Assembly: GCF_040938485.1 (NCBI RefSeq)
Contig: NW_027271005.1
Coordinates: 1 to 64,000 of the forward strand
Length of the DNA stretch: 64,000 nt
Direction: 5' to 3'
From: Diadema antillarum
Taxonomy: Eukaryota
Positions within the stretch are counted from its first letter, which is position 1. Every line of letters begins with the position of its first letter. A program made the translations under genes and the position numbers. Positions 46,401 through 58,000 of the stretch are shown piece by piece. Below the pieces are notes generated by a model. The model had not been told where the DNA came from, did no database searches, and saw only the letters and a program-made list of their open reading frames with translations.

Positions 46401-49400
46401 GATTAATTCTTGACCTGTCCGAACTCAACAAAAGTGTTCAGTACCAACACTTTAAAATGGATAATATTCAATCTGGTATTCTACTCCTCTCAAAAGGGTG
46501 TTATATGGCTTCAGTAGACCTCCGTGATGCATACTACACAATTCCCATTCACTTAGACTCTCGTAAATATCTCCGCTTCGTATGGAGAAACCAATTGTGG
46601 CAGTTCAAAGCTTTGCCAAATGGCTTATCTTCCGCCCCAAGACTGTTCACCAAAATACTGAAACCAGTGCTTGCCTTACTAAGACAACAGGGGCACACAG
46701 TTTTGTCGTACTTGGACGACACACTGATAATTGGGAACAATAAAGCAGACACTCGCTCAGCAGTGCAAACCACCACTGACCTTTTGACTAGTCTAGGGTT
46801 CATTATTCACTCAGAGAAATCGGTACTTGAACCATCCCGTGAGATTGAATTTCTGGGTTTCCATTTAAATACATCTGAAATGAGAATCACCCTTCCAGCC
46901 AGTAAAAGCAATGACATTCAAGATGCATGTCGATCCTTACTTGCTAATAACAAACCTAGTATCCGGGAGGTAGCTAAAGTCATTGGGAAGATTGTGGCTG
47001 CCTTACCAGCATCTCAGTACGGCCCTTTGCATTACAGGCAGCTGGAAAGGGAAAAAATCAGAGCCCTGAGAAAACAGAAAGGACATTTCGATAGACATAT
47101 GAGCCTATCAAATAGAGCCAAGGCGGAACTAGTTTGGTGGTCATCCCATGCACATCTCGTGTCTAAACCCCTGTACCCAGGGAAAGTATCAAAAGAAATA
47201 AGAACAGATGCTAGTGGACAAGGTTGGGGTGCCACAGACCTGCAATCCAAGACAGGGGGTAGATGGAATGCTCAAGAATTAGCAAGAGCAGCAGGTAATG
47301 AAATAAACTATCTGGAAATGCTAGCAGCCGGTTTGGGACTCAAAAGCTTCTGTTCAAATGTCAGAGATGCACATATACTGTTGAGATTAGACAACACCAC
47401 AGCGGTGACATACTTGAATAACATGGGCGGCGTCAAGTCTGAAGCATGTAACGAAATGGCGTTGCAAATTTGGGATTGGTGCAGTAGACGACAAATTTGG
47501 ATAACAGCATCTCACTTAGCAGGCTCTAAGAACACAGAAGCTGATACGATGTCAAGGAAATTCAATGACAATATAGAATGGATGCTAGACAAGACAATAT
47601 TCAATGAGATAGTGCAGAGGTATGGGTTACCAAACGTAGACCTTTTTGCCACCAGACTGAATGCCCAGCTCCCAACATACGTCTCCTGGAGACCAGATCC
47701 AGGGGCATGGGCAGTAGACGCATTCACTATTGACTGGGGACCCCTAGTATTTTATGCGTTTCCCCCATTTAGCTTGGTTGCAAAGTGTCTCCAAAAAATC
47801 AGACAAGATGGCGCTAGGGGAATTTTGATAGTGCCAAATTGGCCAACACAGCCCTGGTATACCGTACTACGTAACATGCTATTGGAGGAGCCCTGGGTAT
47901 TGCGAAAACACCAGTTGTTAACCCAACCCATTACAGGTAGACCACATCCACTTACACATCTCTCCCTCTTATGTTGCAGGGTTGGAGCAAACATTTCATA
48001 GCTCAAGGACTGACGGAGGAGACTGCTGATATAATGGCAGCGTCTTGGAGGAAATCCACCAAGGAGCAGTATATGGTGTATATTAGGAAGTGGCAAAGGT
48101 TTTGTCATGAGCGTCACTTATGTTGGACCCATACGAAGTTGGGAAATTTGTTTGCGTTTTTTAATTCTATGTACAAAAATGGAGCAAGCTACAGCACCTT
48201 GAATACATCAAGGAGCGCACTAGCATCAGTTGTTCTTCTACGGGACGAAAAATACACCATTTCTACACATCCTTGGATTTGCCGGTACTTCAGGGGCATT
48301 TTTAATCTCCGACCACCCACTCCACGATACAGCTTCATATGGGATGTGGGCAAGGTGCTGAGCTACCTCAGACAAGTAACTCCAGCTCATAAGATTTCGC
48401 TGTGTCAACTGACACACAAAGTATGTTTTTTACTAGCGTTGACTTCTGCCCAAAGAGTGCAAACACTTTCATACCTAACCCTTGACAATGTGAAGGCGTC
48501 CAAAGATTGTGTGGAAATAGCAGTGGCTGATTTGATAAAGCAGAGTCAACCTGGGAATGTGGGAGTGAAAGTAACACTGAAAGCCTTTCCCGAGGATAAG
48601 AAACTCTGTGTTGTACACTATGTTAAAGAATACATTAACAGAACAAGCACATTGAGGAAGGAGGTGAATGCACTATTTGTCACCTACAAGCAACCCCATG
48701 GGAAGGCATCAAAGCAAACCATCGCTCGATGGATAAAAACTGTGTTGAGAGCATCAGGTATCGACACCAATCTCTTCAAAGCACATTCAACGAGATCGGC
48801 GGCAACCTCATCTGCCAAGAGGAATCATTTTCCAATAGCAGACATTCTCAAGCATGCTGGGTGGAAAAATGAATCCACGTTCAGGAATTTTTACCTGAAA
48901 CCGGCATCCCAGGCAACATCTTTTGGACAAGCAGTTCTGGGACAACAGACCTCTAGGAAGGGACAAGAGTCAGTCCTGTAAACATAGGTAAAGTTGCCCA
49001 AAAACTTTCTCTGACAGTATATTTCTGTGAAAAATGACTACTGTGAAAATCTTTGAAGTCTCATATTACGCAAATTCAGCCAATGGCTAATGCGCAGCCA
49101 ATGGCTGAATTCTCTACCGTACATTACGAGATAAAATAGAAAATTAAATGAAAAACATTGAAATTTAATTTGTATTTTATGAGTAATGGGAGGATAGAGA
49201 ATTCAGCACCCTCCGCTCCCTCCCTTACTCTGAACAGCCTTAAATGTGGCTTATACAAGATCTATTTTATCTCGAAATATTTTTTCACAGTAGTCATCAG
49301 CTTTTAAAGATGGCGATTGCGCGCGGAACGGCCTCTCATATTACGCAAATTCAGCCAATGGCTAATGCGCAGCCAATGGCTGAATTCTCTATCCTCCCAT

Positions 49401-50343
49401 TACTCATAAAATACAAATTAAATTTCAATGTTTTTCATTTAATTTTCTATCATAACGTACATCAATACGACAGTTGTAATAATTTCAATCATTTTAATAA
49501 CAATGCCAATGTTGTATATTCAACAATGCAAATATAATTTTGATGTTGTAGTATTTAGCTGTGTGAGAGTTTCAATATTGTGAATGAGAAATACAGTCTC
49601 TTGGAACCCGCAGTGTTATTGAGGAGTAGTAGTAAAATGTTGGAGCTGTGGAGATGTACACAAGTGAATACAGCGTTCAAACAGTTTAATGAATGAAAAG
49701 CTTTTGTTGGACATAGTAAGTGTTCTGGCTCAGAGGACAAGACCACAGGCTATCAATCAGGAAGTCACTGGTTCAGGTCTCTTTCTGACTGCAGCTGTTG
49801 TGCCCCAGGCAAGGCACTTTATCCTGATTACCTAGTCCTTCTATTGGAACTGAAAGCCCATTGTTGATTTCTGAATCGGCATTCAGTGCTTGCTTTCCAG
49901 GCATATAAAACTACTCAAGTGATCATAATTTTTCAAATTCATGAAATTCTTCCATCGAGATGTTTTTTATTGCAACTGATTGACAAATTGCCCTACATTG
50001 ACGTAAAGTGCTTATTTATGTCGATTTAGGGCAATTTGTCAATCAGTTGCAATAATCATAATTCTGTTCATATCTTTTTTTTTTAATGCAGTTTGACAAA
50101 TCAAATTGGTACTCTTTATATTGTGCTCCTACTCACATATTTAGTCACTCCCCCACTGTCACCCGTATCCATGAATCAATTAATAAATCTTACAAAAGAA
50201 AGAGCATAACTAGGTTAAACTGTGCTGATCTCTTTTCTCTTTGTGTCTCTGGTGCTGCAGCTTCAATCATTGGGACCAGGCTCCATATATTCACAGCTCT
50301 GAGTTGCATCTTCATGGCAGTCTACATCATGTTCCTGAAATGA
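43423..50343 (+). CDS. TMEM167B: Protein kish-B, 74 aa; exons 43423-43432, 43884-44015, 50261-50343
   Basis: The spliced product [74 protein letters not shown] matches kish-B; GT..AG introns in phase 1. Confidence 0.95.
44706..46055 (+). CDS. DIRS ORF1 (gag-like)
   Basis: 449-codon open frame in the ORF1 position, with CP.NC..L..PKVN..IW and D.KL..IQ..L.KG motifs typical of DIRS ORF1. Confidence 0.85.
   Translation: MIIVLSMDEPADKSEKAKAKKDTELCEPKASPAPAAKKKAAGKTLSSGGRPKASRPAASGKAQPNPPAPAATAPNPTVTTAENSTEVMSRIGKLESMFEKMIETLSTPHHGEQHANTPRDCFSEYGDCDTQRGSSSPPVIELADNRSVADFLSANRDDAVSLFSDVGLQEADKDKRPEFKIPRMAQKFVAPSGIGEPLDEDVADTIVYMMGQKLDQKSLDEAATRYPCPSNCTCLETPKVNSTIWENISTGTRHRDLKLQVIQSSLLKGINAFARTLPATLSEAQQDAMAFLCDANFSLNCMRKDSIKPDMNSNFHHLCKPSHKVTKYLFGDDLGRQVKEIQEQRKTMSGMMKSRFTREQSRFQPYKKPDVTSRRQYTSTGFTRPLGRGYDRRTSHSNPMAGSSAQPFLGKAWRGRPRDPPHTYTPTAAREGGNKQPTYHRQSQSQGRK
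45926..48001 (+). CDS. DIRS ORF2: reverse transcriptase, RNase H and Dam-like methyltransferase domain; in the -1 frame relative to ORF1
   Basis: RT: RLILDL, DLRDAY, LPNGLSSAPRLFTK, YLDD. RNase H: RTDAS.QGWGA, INYLEMLA, LDNTTAV, EADTMSR. Methyltransferase-like: DLFAT..N, YAFPPF, ILIVPNWP. Confidence 0.95.
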   Translation, partial: FFREGLEGETSRSSSHLHTDSSKGGWQQAANLPQAEPKPGEEIEQVGDYEHNIDNDLVTTPAVVGGRLKPFFPAWENITRDSHIIQAVQGYTIEFDPEKFPPSREKPLRSYKRNAEETAKIDHEILVLEEKQVIEKCAHEEGEFISEVFTRPKKNGGVRLILDLSELNKSVQYQHFKMDNIQSGILLLSKGCYMASVDLRDAYYTIPIHLDSRKYLRFVWRNQLWQFKALPNGLSSAPRLFTKILKPVLALLRQQGHTVLSYLDDTLIIGNNKADTRSAVQTTTDLLTSLGFIIHSEKSVLEPSREIEFLGFHLNTSEMRITLPASKSNDIQDACRSLLANNKPSIREVAKVIGKIVAALPASQYGPLHYRQLEREKIRALRKQKGHFDRHMSLSNRAKAELVWWSSHAHLVSKPLYPGKVSKEIRTDASGQGWGATDLQSKTGGRWNAQELARAAGNEINYLEMLAAGLGLKSFCSNVRDAHILLRLDNTTAVTYLNNMGGVKSEACNEMALQIWDWCSRRQIWITASHLAGSKNTEADTMSRKFNDNIEWMLDKTIFNEIVQRYGLPNVDLFATRLNAQLPTYVSWRPDPGAWAVDAFTIDWGPLVFYAFPPFSLVAKCLQKIRQDGARGILIVPNWPTQPWYTVLRNMLLEEPWVLRKHQLLTQPITGRPHPLTHLSLLCCRVGANIS
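47971..48981 (+). CDS. DIRS ORF3 tyrosine recombinase (SAM-like N-domain plus catalytic domain)
   Basis: Catalytic residues in SAQRVQTL (R), AHSTRSA (HxxR), HAGW and TFRNFY (Y). Confidence 0.95.
   Translation: MLQGWSKHFIAQGLTEETADIMAASWRKSTKEQYMVYIRKWQRFCHERHLCWTHTKLGNLFAFFNSMYKNGASYSTLNTSRSALASVVLLRDEKYTISTHPWICRYFRGIFNLRPPTPRYSFIWDVGKVLSYLRQVTPAHKISLCQLTHKVCFLLALTSAQRVQTLSYLTLDNVKASKDCVEIAVADLIKQSQPGNVGVKVTLKAFPEDKKLCVVHYVKEYINRTSTLRKEVNALFVTYKQPHGKASKQTIARWIKTVLRASGIDTNLFKAHSTRSAATSSAKRNHFPIADILKHAGWKNESTFRNFYLKPASQATSFGQAVLGQQTSRKGQESVL
49967..50055. repeat. Hairpin MITE with a perfect 29-bp stem and 31-nt loop
   Basis: TTATTGCAACTGATTGACAAATTGCCCTA / TAGGGCAATTTGTCAATCAGTTGCAATAA; diverged arms of a relative lie at ~18885-18930 and ~19050-19080. 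Confidence 0.8.
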
Positions 50344-53300
50344 TGCCCACAGGAGAGAAATGCCGGCGGATATTGGTGGACTTTCGTGAGATGATGGGCC
50401 GTCATCCTCGCTCTCTGTCTCCCCAGAAAGTGATGCTTTCGTTTGACAGTGGAAAGATGGTGTTACAGAAGACACATATGGATGGAGCATCAAACTTTCC
50501 AGAAAGGACGCATAGTGATGGATCGGAAGGCAGTCTGAAAAGTGGATCAATCAACTGATGCTCACAATCTTTCTTCTTGTGAAGAAGGAATAATTTGGCA
50601 AGAAGAGCTAACGGGCATCCCAGCACAGATGGGCCATCAAAATTTATGTTGTAATTATCGCAGTGACATTTCCAAGAGCTGAGAGAGAGATTTCGCTGCC
50701 AATAGTGAAGGAAAACATTTTATTACTGTGGTCAGACTTGTACATGTATGTATATGAGTTATATGATTACAGAATTCACCTGTTGTTAGGGAAAACACAA
50801 GACCATCTAGTTAGTTGCAGTTTGAATCCAGTGCATGATGCATGTTGAATGGCTTGTACAGTGTTTTGTGATTACTTCACGGGGTTTGCGTGTCAAATCA
50901 AATTAAATGTCATCTCTGAGTGTTTTGGGCAGAAATATATCATGAAAGCTATGTTTGCTGAAGGCGATGTCACTCTATGTTTTTCAAATTGTCTGTTACA
51001 AGGAGCCACCATTCATGAAATATGTCCTTTAATTCTTGATACTCTCACAGAGACTCTAGAATGCAGGGTAGATACAGTAAATCTACGTAGCATGTGAAAT
51101 CTTGAAATTCAGTCTTGTATTGCATTAGTTTGTATGCTCCTTTACATGTGGTATTACAGAGTTAAGTATATTTTGATGTTTAAAAAAAAAATGATGATCA
51201 TTACCAGTATCCACGATCAACCCCTCCTTAAATCTTCTTGCGCTCACACCTTTAGAGCAACAGTAGTCATCTCATGATTTCTCCATTGAAGACAATTATA
51301 TTTAAAAAGAAAAAAATTACATTTCTATTTCTTCCTTTCATTTCAACCTTGCAGCTTCATAGTTTGGGAAATGAGAATTTATACTTATTTTTATAGTTGT
51401 GTTCAGATTCTCTAATCCCAGCCGGCATCCAGTGCATTTGGCAAATTTTTGGACTTGATTACATACCCCACATTTTTAGACGCAGGACAGATATGTGATA
51501 GATTGTGTTCCCCACAAGTGCTTGTGTGTCAGTGAAATGTAAATCTCAGTTTACAGTGTTTGATAATATGCAGGCATATGAAAAAAAAAGAATATTAGGA
51601 GCTGGCTTTCATTATCAATGGGTCTGAGTGTCAGGCTTGCAGTTGCATAGACTTGTCTCTTTTATATTTCAGTGGTATCTGGAATATGAATATGGTATTT
51701 TTTATATTCAAGAATTCAGAATCATAATCTTGAATCGAGAGAAAGGTGTCCAGTGGATGGTTTCACTGTCAGAAGAGTTTCTAACGCCTACATGCTGACG
51801 TGATTATTAAAGAGGACCATTGTCATTTTATGTCAAAATATGAAACTGTATTCTGTTTTGTATTTACATATCATGTCAGTTTAACAAGTTCTTGACTAGC
51901 TTCATAATGTCAAACTATTGCTTTACCAAGTGAATACTTGAAGGATCATATCATATTTGACATTTATTTTTGATATGTACCAAGGGTAAGTATGATCACT
52001 TACCCATGTCTGTGTAATCAGCAACAGGCCAATGTATGTCCATTCATATGAGTTATACCATGTCAGTTACATTCTACTTTTCAAATTAAAAGAAACATAT
52101 ACTGTAGTTGATTTCATATTACAATGTAGTACTGGAAATCCTTTGGCCATTTTGAATGTAAACGTGTACTTAATTCTTTACGCTTTGGAGCAGGGGTATT
52201 GTTCACAAACTCTATGGTAGTCGCCATATCTTGCAGGTAACCAAGCAGGACAGTCTTACCAATTCAGCCTCGAGGCCTTTGTAAACAAGAGTTCCTGAAG
52301 CATTACCTTTTGGAGTAGTGTCCGTCCATTCTTCTGTCCATCCCACTGCTGTTTTCTATTAATTTGTCTGTCTCTTATTTGATTGTTATTGAAAAGTGCT
52401 GATAAGATTTTCAGTAAATGTAGTGAGGGATGATGTGAAGAAGACAAAAATAAAAGACATATATCAGATTTTTTTTTTAACATTCAGCAAAAATTTATAA
52501 TCATACTCCCAACCTCGCATGGGCCCATAGAATAGGTTACCAAGTATGTTTACATTGATCTCCAGTAGCAGTATGACATTGGAATTACTTGTGAAAAACA
52601 ACATCATTTGTCTAGGGTGAACAAAGGTCAATAACATATTCTGAATATCACCTTTATTGCAATGGGCCACCAAATATGTGATATGGCTACACTAAACATG
52701 CATGAATAGTTACAGTTTCACAGGGCAAGCCCATTATTGATTTTGATGCAAAATTGGGCATTCCAAGAATCAGAAGATGTCGTTCAAATTGTGCACTTTT
52801 CAGTGAAAAACAGTGCAGTGTACTGGATGTTGGCTCACAGGTGATATGCTGATATGGTGTGACATGTGAATGAATCCAGTGGCAAAATTTTTGCGGAGCT
52901 TGGTAAATCTGTCAGTTTTCAACTTTGCTCTGTGTATACTCGAATGATCTAGGAAACATTCCTTGCCATATCCTCGAGGACTCTGACTAAAAATTGATAT
53001 GAGCAAAAAAGTGCAATTTTAAAGATGGCAAAATACATGGATGCAAAATTTCACACTAATATGGTGCGAGTTCCTCAGATTTAGCATTGAAGCTGTATTG
53101 CAAAGCAATGGCCTGAATCAAATCTTTGGCATAATATGGGTCCCAGTCAGTGCAGTTCACCTACTCTTTTAGTATATATGAAGATACCAGGGTCATTTTG
53201 GGCGTGGTCTCAGAAGGCACTCCAGGGGACATTTAGATGTTAAATGAAATGCACCCAGATGCCTCCAGTTGTCAGTCAGTGTTTACCATAATCTTCTAAT

Positions 53301-54820
53301 GTCTTTATGTCTCCATTTAAGAAAAATGTATTGTAATGATGATATGAAAAGCAAGTATAAGAAGGGCCATAATTGACAAGAAAATGAACTACTCTTTATG
53401 GAACTGCAGTCTCATTTTCAGATATGTAAAGTTTTACTATTACCTGAATATGTGTACGTTTTTTTCATACATCAGACTTGGTCTGTCACATCATACATAA
53501 TGTGACATACAGGTAGATTTGTTCAATGACCTTCAATCAGCTACACGTTGCCGTCTATAATATATTTTTATAAGAACATGATGCTAAAATCCTCCCAATT
53601 TTCACTAGGAATAGTTCCAAAGAATTGATTACTGAAGAACAATGGTGTTGTTTTGATCATTTTCTCCTCAATTTTTTAAGGTAATTATTTTGATGTGCAT
53701 TGTCAACTTCGAGTATCTTGTCAGCTGACATGTGATTTTAATGCCACAACACCCCAGTTTGTTTAGCTGGATGTAATGGCCAAGAGAACTTTGGGTACTG
53801 TTTGTTGCAAGGCTTCAAATTCATTTTATAGAAATCCCCATCATTTGTTTTGTAATGTAGTTCTGTTATCCCCAAGACAATCAGACTACCAGCAAAAGAA
53901 AAATATTTACACAAGAAAATAAGTATAATGGTATGTACAATGAAATTTATTAACAAAGTTATTATATCCTGCAGTAGCATTAAAGAGAAATGGATTTTTG
54001 AGTCATTTGGATGAACAGGGTACCAATGCAGCAAGATCAATGTCATATACAGAATCAATGAGATTACCATGTGTTAATAAAATCATGCAAGCCCTGTATA
54101 CTAGATTGCTTCAGCTATACGAAGTGGCATTTACTGTATCTTGAACTACAATACTAGCAGCATCGTTTCCATAAATCCACCGTAGAGGAATTCAAAAATG
54201 TGCAAATTGTTGCATAGTGCATGAATGTAAACATACAATAGTTTCTTTCTGTTGACCATTACTTTTATGTATCAGGATATACACCTGTAATGTCATTACA
54301 ATCAAATTATTGAAGATACAGATATGTATGTATTTTACTGATTATTACTTACCATCTTATCTGTGCTGCAAAAGGAGTTTTATGATACATGTATTCCAAA
54401 GTTTCCTAGTGGTTCATGTCAAATGTGTCAATTTTGAACTTTTGTGCGCAGTGTTTGTGAAAAAAAAAAATCTTTGTTGCATTTCCCTGTAGAAATTCAG
54501 TTACCGGTACGTAAGTTGAGATTTATTACGCAGAGATTGTTATATTGAATGGAAGCAGTGATGTTGAAAAATAGGGACCAGTTACCTCTGCAAATTGTCC
54601 TTTGAGGTTGATGGTTTGTTAGACCCATGTGTTTGCATAGTGTGAATTTACAGGCTGACTTTGGTATACTGTTTTCTATGTCTCTGGTCTGACTTGCAAT
54701 AAAAATAGCAGAAATTCCAGCATGCTGTGTTGATTTGTCAGTGTGTGTGTGGTTCTGTGGGTTTATATTACAACTGTATTCCACAATTTGAAAATTGATA
54801 CACCTCATAAGATGTGCACA

Positions 54821-55029
54821 CTGTAAAAGTGGATATTTTTCTGCGACTAATTTTTCACGTTTGGCCATGTAAGAAGAGTTTTACGTGTTTTTAATTCCGC
54901 GGAATCAAGACATCAGCTACTGGAACATGTGGCATGTAAAAATATTTGCATGCTTTTATTTTCGTGTTAGCTTCTGGTTGCGCGAAATGCGCAAAAATTA
55001 CAACACCACAAAAGTTTCTACTTTTACAG
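54821..55029. mobile_element. Short MITE (CTGTAAAAGT family), copy 2
   Basis: CTGTAAAAGTGGATATTTT ... ACTTTTACAG|TA; internal sequence similar to 42118-42306. Confidence 0.8.
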
Positions 55030-58000
55030 TATACAGTTTTTGTAATGAAAATGTTGTTAAGCAGTTCAACTCACATGCGTGCACACACACAAACACACAC
55101 TGGTACATGCAATCACCTACAAATAAGAGAGTCAAGCACAATTTACTCAGAAACAAGAATCTTCACATATTTTTCTTTGAGTGTCAATTCAATTGTATCA
55201 GTTGTTTATTTATCTACTATATAATACAATGTTGTCAAAACCAATATGGTTTCAAACATTTACTACCAAATCTTGCTCTTTTTTTTTCCAATACATACAC
55301 ACCAACAATATAAAACTTCATTTCAAACTCCTCTGCTCATCATATCTTTGTACACTGTGTACATCATTGATCAAGTAGTCATTCCTACGATACAGCAGGC
55401 TCACGTGATAAAAGAGGCAGCAACAGGTTTATTTTCCTTATCAGCAATTTGACAGTGAGGTAAAAAGACCTCCCTTTTCACAACTCATTTCTCTCCCCCC
55501 CCCCCAAAAAAAAAAAAAAAAAAATAATAATAATAATAATACATCTTAAATTCTTTTCTGAGCTCAAGAGAACACAAATTTAAGAATGATACCTGTCTTC
55601 TGTATATTTTGGGTGAGAAATATTTCTGCAGTCATCCTCTACAATGCTAACAGTTCCTTTCTCTCATTCGATTATATGTTCTCTTGCGAGCTTGGGCGAT
55701 TCACTAAAATCACCTTAGTTAATGCTTGAGATTTGGGTTCCAACCTTGTGCTTGTGGCCGCTATGCTTTCAACCATATTACATTTTACAAACTCTTATTT
55801 TTATGCAAAATTTGCTTATGAAAAGAGACTGACAAGGGTAAAAAACAAAAAACAAACAAACAAACAAACATAATGCAAAACAGTGGCAAAACTAACACTG
55901 ACTTTGAAATTGTACTCATCTATGGGAATGCTCAATAACCAGAGAGAACATTCTACCTCACTGCTGGGTCTCATTCTTCTGAAAAAAAAAAAAAAAAATC
56001 ACTAAATCTTCAAAAAGGCCTGAAAAATGACAAAAGTAGACATTTCAGAAGAATGGTCTTTCACAAGTATCACATGTGGCACTAAAAAACAAAAATCACA
56101 TGCAGCTTAGGTACATTGTATATTCCTCTTGGCCTGTGTTAAAATCAAGGCAGCAAATGGCAAATGAGCAGTGGGCACAATAAATCCTTGGCATAGTGAC
56201 TAAGCACAGCCTACAGTCTTGTTCTAGCCAATTATAGAAAGTGCTTCAAGTACTGCAATTTTCTTCCTCCAATTTATAATTGACATGTAATTGTTTATTC
56301 CTTTTACTCACTCCTACATTAGGAATCTCCTTACCATTTTGAAGTGGGCGAAAAAAAAAAGGCCCTATATATATATATGTACGCCAAAAATGCAAACAGA
56401 GCAATCACTTCTAATTCATTCCCCTTCCCGACTAAAAAATTATAATCATAAAAGAGATAACACTCAAATAAAACTGAAGGAATAAAAACATATCAAACGG
56501 CACTGCTCTGTAAAAATGACCAGTAAAAAGCACTGTAGTGCCAATCACAGCAAGTACATGTATTTCTCCTTCTAATGTCAGTCTGATCTGGTTTTGCTGA
56601 GGTAGCACACACAACATGCCAGGTGAGTTCTCCACATTGCTGAATATGAACAGTAAAGTTTGGATGTAATGTCAGATCGACAGCAGTCTTTGACTGAATA
56701 GAATTCAAGCGCCAGTGGACTGAGTTCGCATCAAAAGCACTGCCAATCTTTTATGCACTTTAAAAAATTTGTAAAATGTGAAAAACGAGGGAAAAGTGTA
56801 CAAAGTGTGGGCACCATCAATCAGATGATCGAGTCACATCATATTTAGTTACAAACACTTCATTTCATATTATCCTAAACACTTCATGATGTTAATGGTG
56901 ACACCAATTTCCACTGTTGGTACTCTGTCATTTCGATCTGTTTTCAAAGAGCTGCCTTGCCATTTCAGCAACATCATTTACAGAACACAGCCAATTATCA
57001 CAACGGTCATGATCTTTTTACACACAGAGAGAATGAAAATATTTCTTTGTAAACAATTGGTATGGCACCAGGAAAACCAAACGCAACTATAAATCACATC
57101 ATATCGATTGCTATGTACACACAGAGTAAAAGCTCGACAGACACTACAAAATACCCGGCTCAGATTATCACTTACGCTTACCGGTAAGTTTTCTCAATGG
57201 ATTTGGAAGGGAAATGTACAAGAAATATACAGCTGCAGCACTATCTTGCTTCAAAAATGCCTTTTAAGTCATCTCCTGTGTTTTTAAAGACAGTAATAAT
57301 CAAAATATTCAATCAAAATGCAATTTCATTTGCAGACACAGACATATAGGAGCAAAACCACCTACGAAATGAGCTCTGTACTAAAATGTCCAACCCAAGT
57401 AAAGATGTCATTAGTCTGTAGACAGGCAAACAGCTCCATCCTGTGATTTGATGAGTAAAAGTCTGGTACTCGTGACGAGCACCTTCAAAGTCCACAGAGA
57501 CGCTTAAGATGAGTTTGTCTCTTCACACATGATGACATCGACACTATCAGTCACATCAACAGCTCTGCAATATCCATCTCTTCTTCCCTTTCCATCACTT
57601 TCAAAGCTTTGACGTGCCATCTTGATGTTCAAACTTTATTCAACTAGAATACTGCACACACCTCTGGTTGAATTCTCCAAGCAATACTAACACATGCAGA
57701 GTCCAAACTTCAAGGATGATCTGTACACTGTAATACATAATCTTTCTTCACATAGCACATAATTTCAACCCATCACACTTGATAAAACAACTTCTCTGCA
57801 ATATAAAGAAGACTTAATTAGAAAGAAAAGGGTTCATTAAGACAACAATACTCTTGACAAAATTTGGCATTGAGGACTTATAAAACGAGTGCAGAAAATT
57901 GATGTGCTCTAAGAAAAATATATTTACATTGCTTTATTCCCTGAACAAATGGTATTGCCTTAATAAAAAACATCATAGTGGGGAAAAGCAGAAAATTAGC

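Larger units (their letters stand above)
44489..49450 (+). mobile_element. Full-length DIRS1-like tyrosine-recombinase retrotransposon in kish-B intron 2
   Basis: Left ITR 44491-44595; ICR 49059-49207, complementary to both ends; right ITR plus extension 49307-49449; TAT core at both junctions; three uninterrupted overlapping ORFs. Confidence 0.95.
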
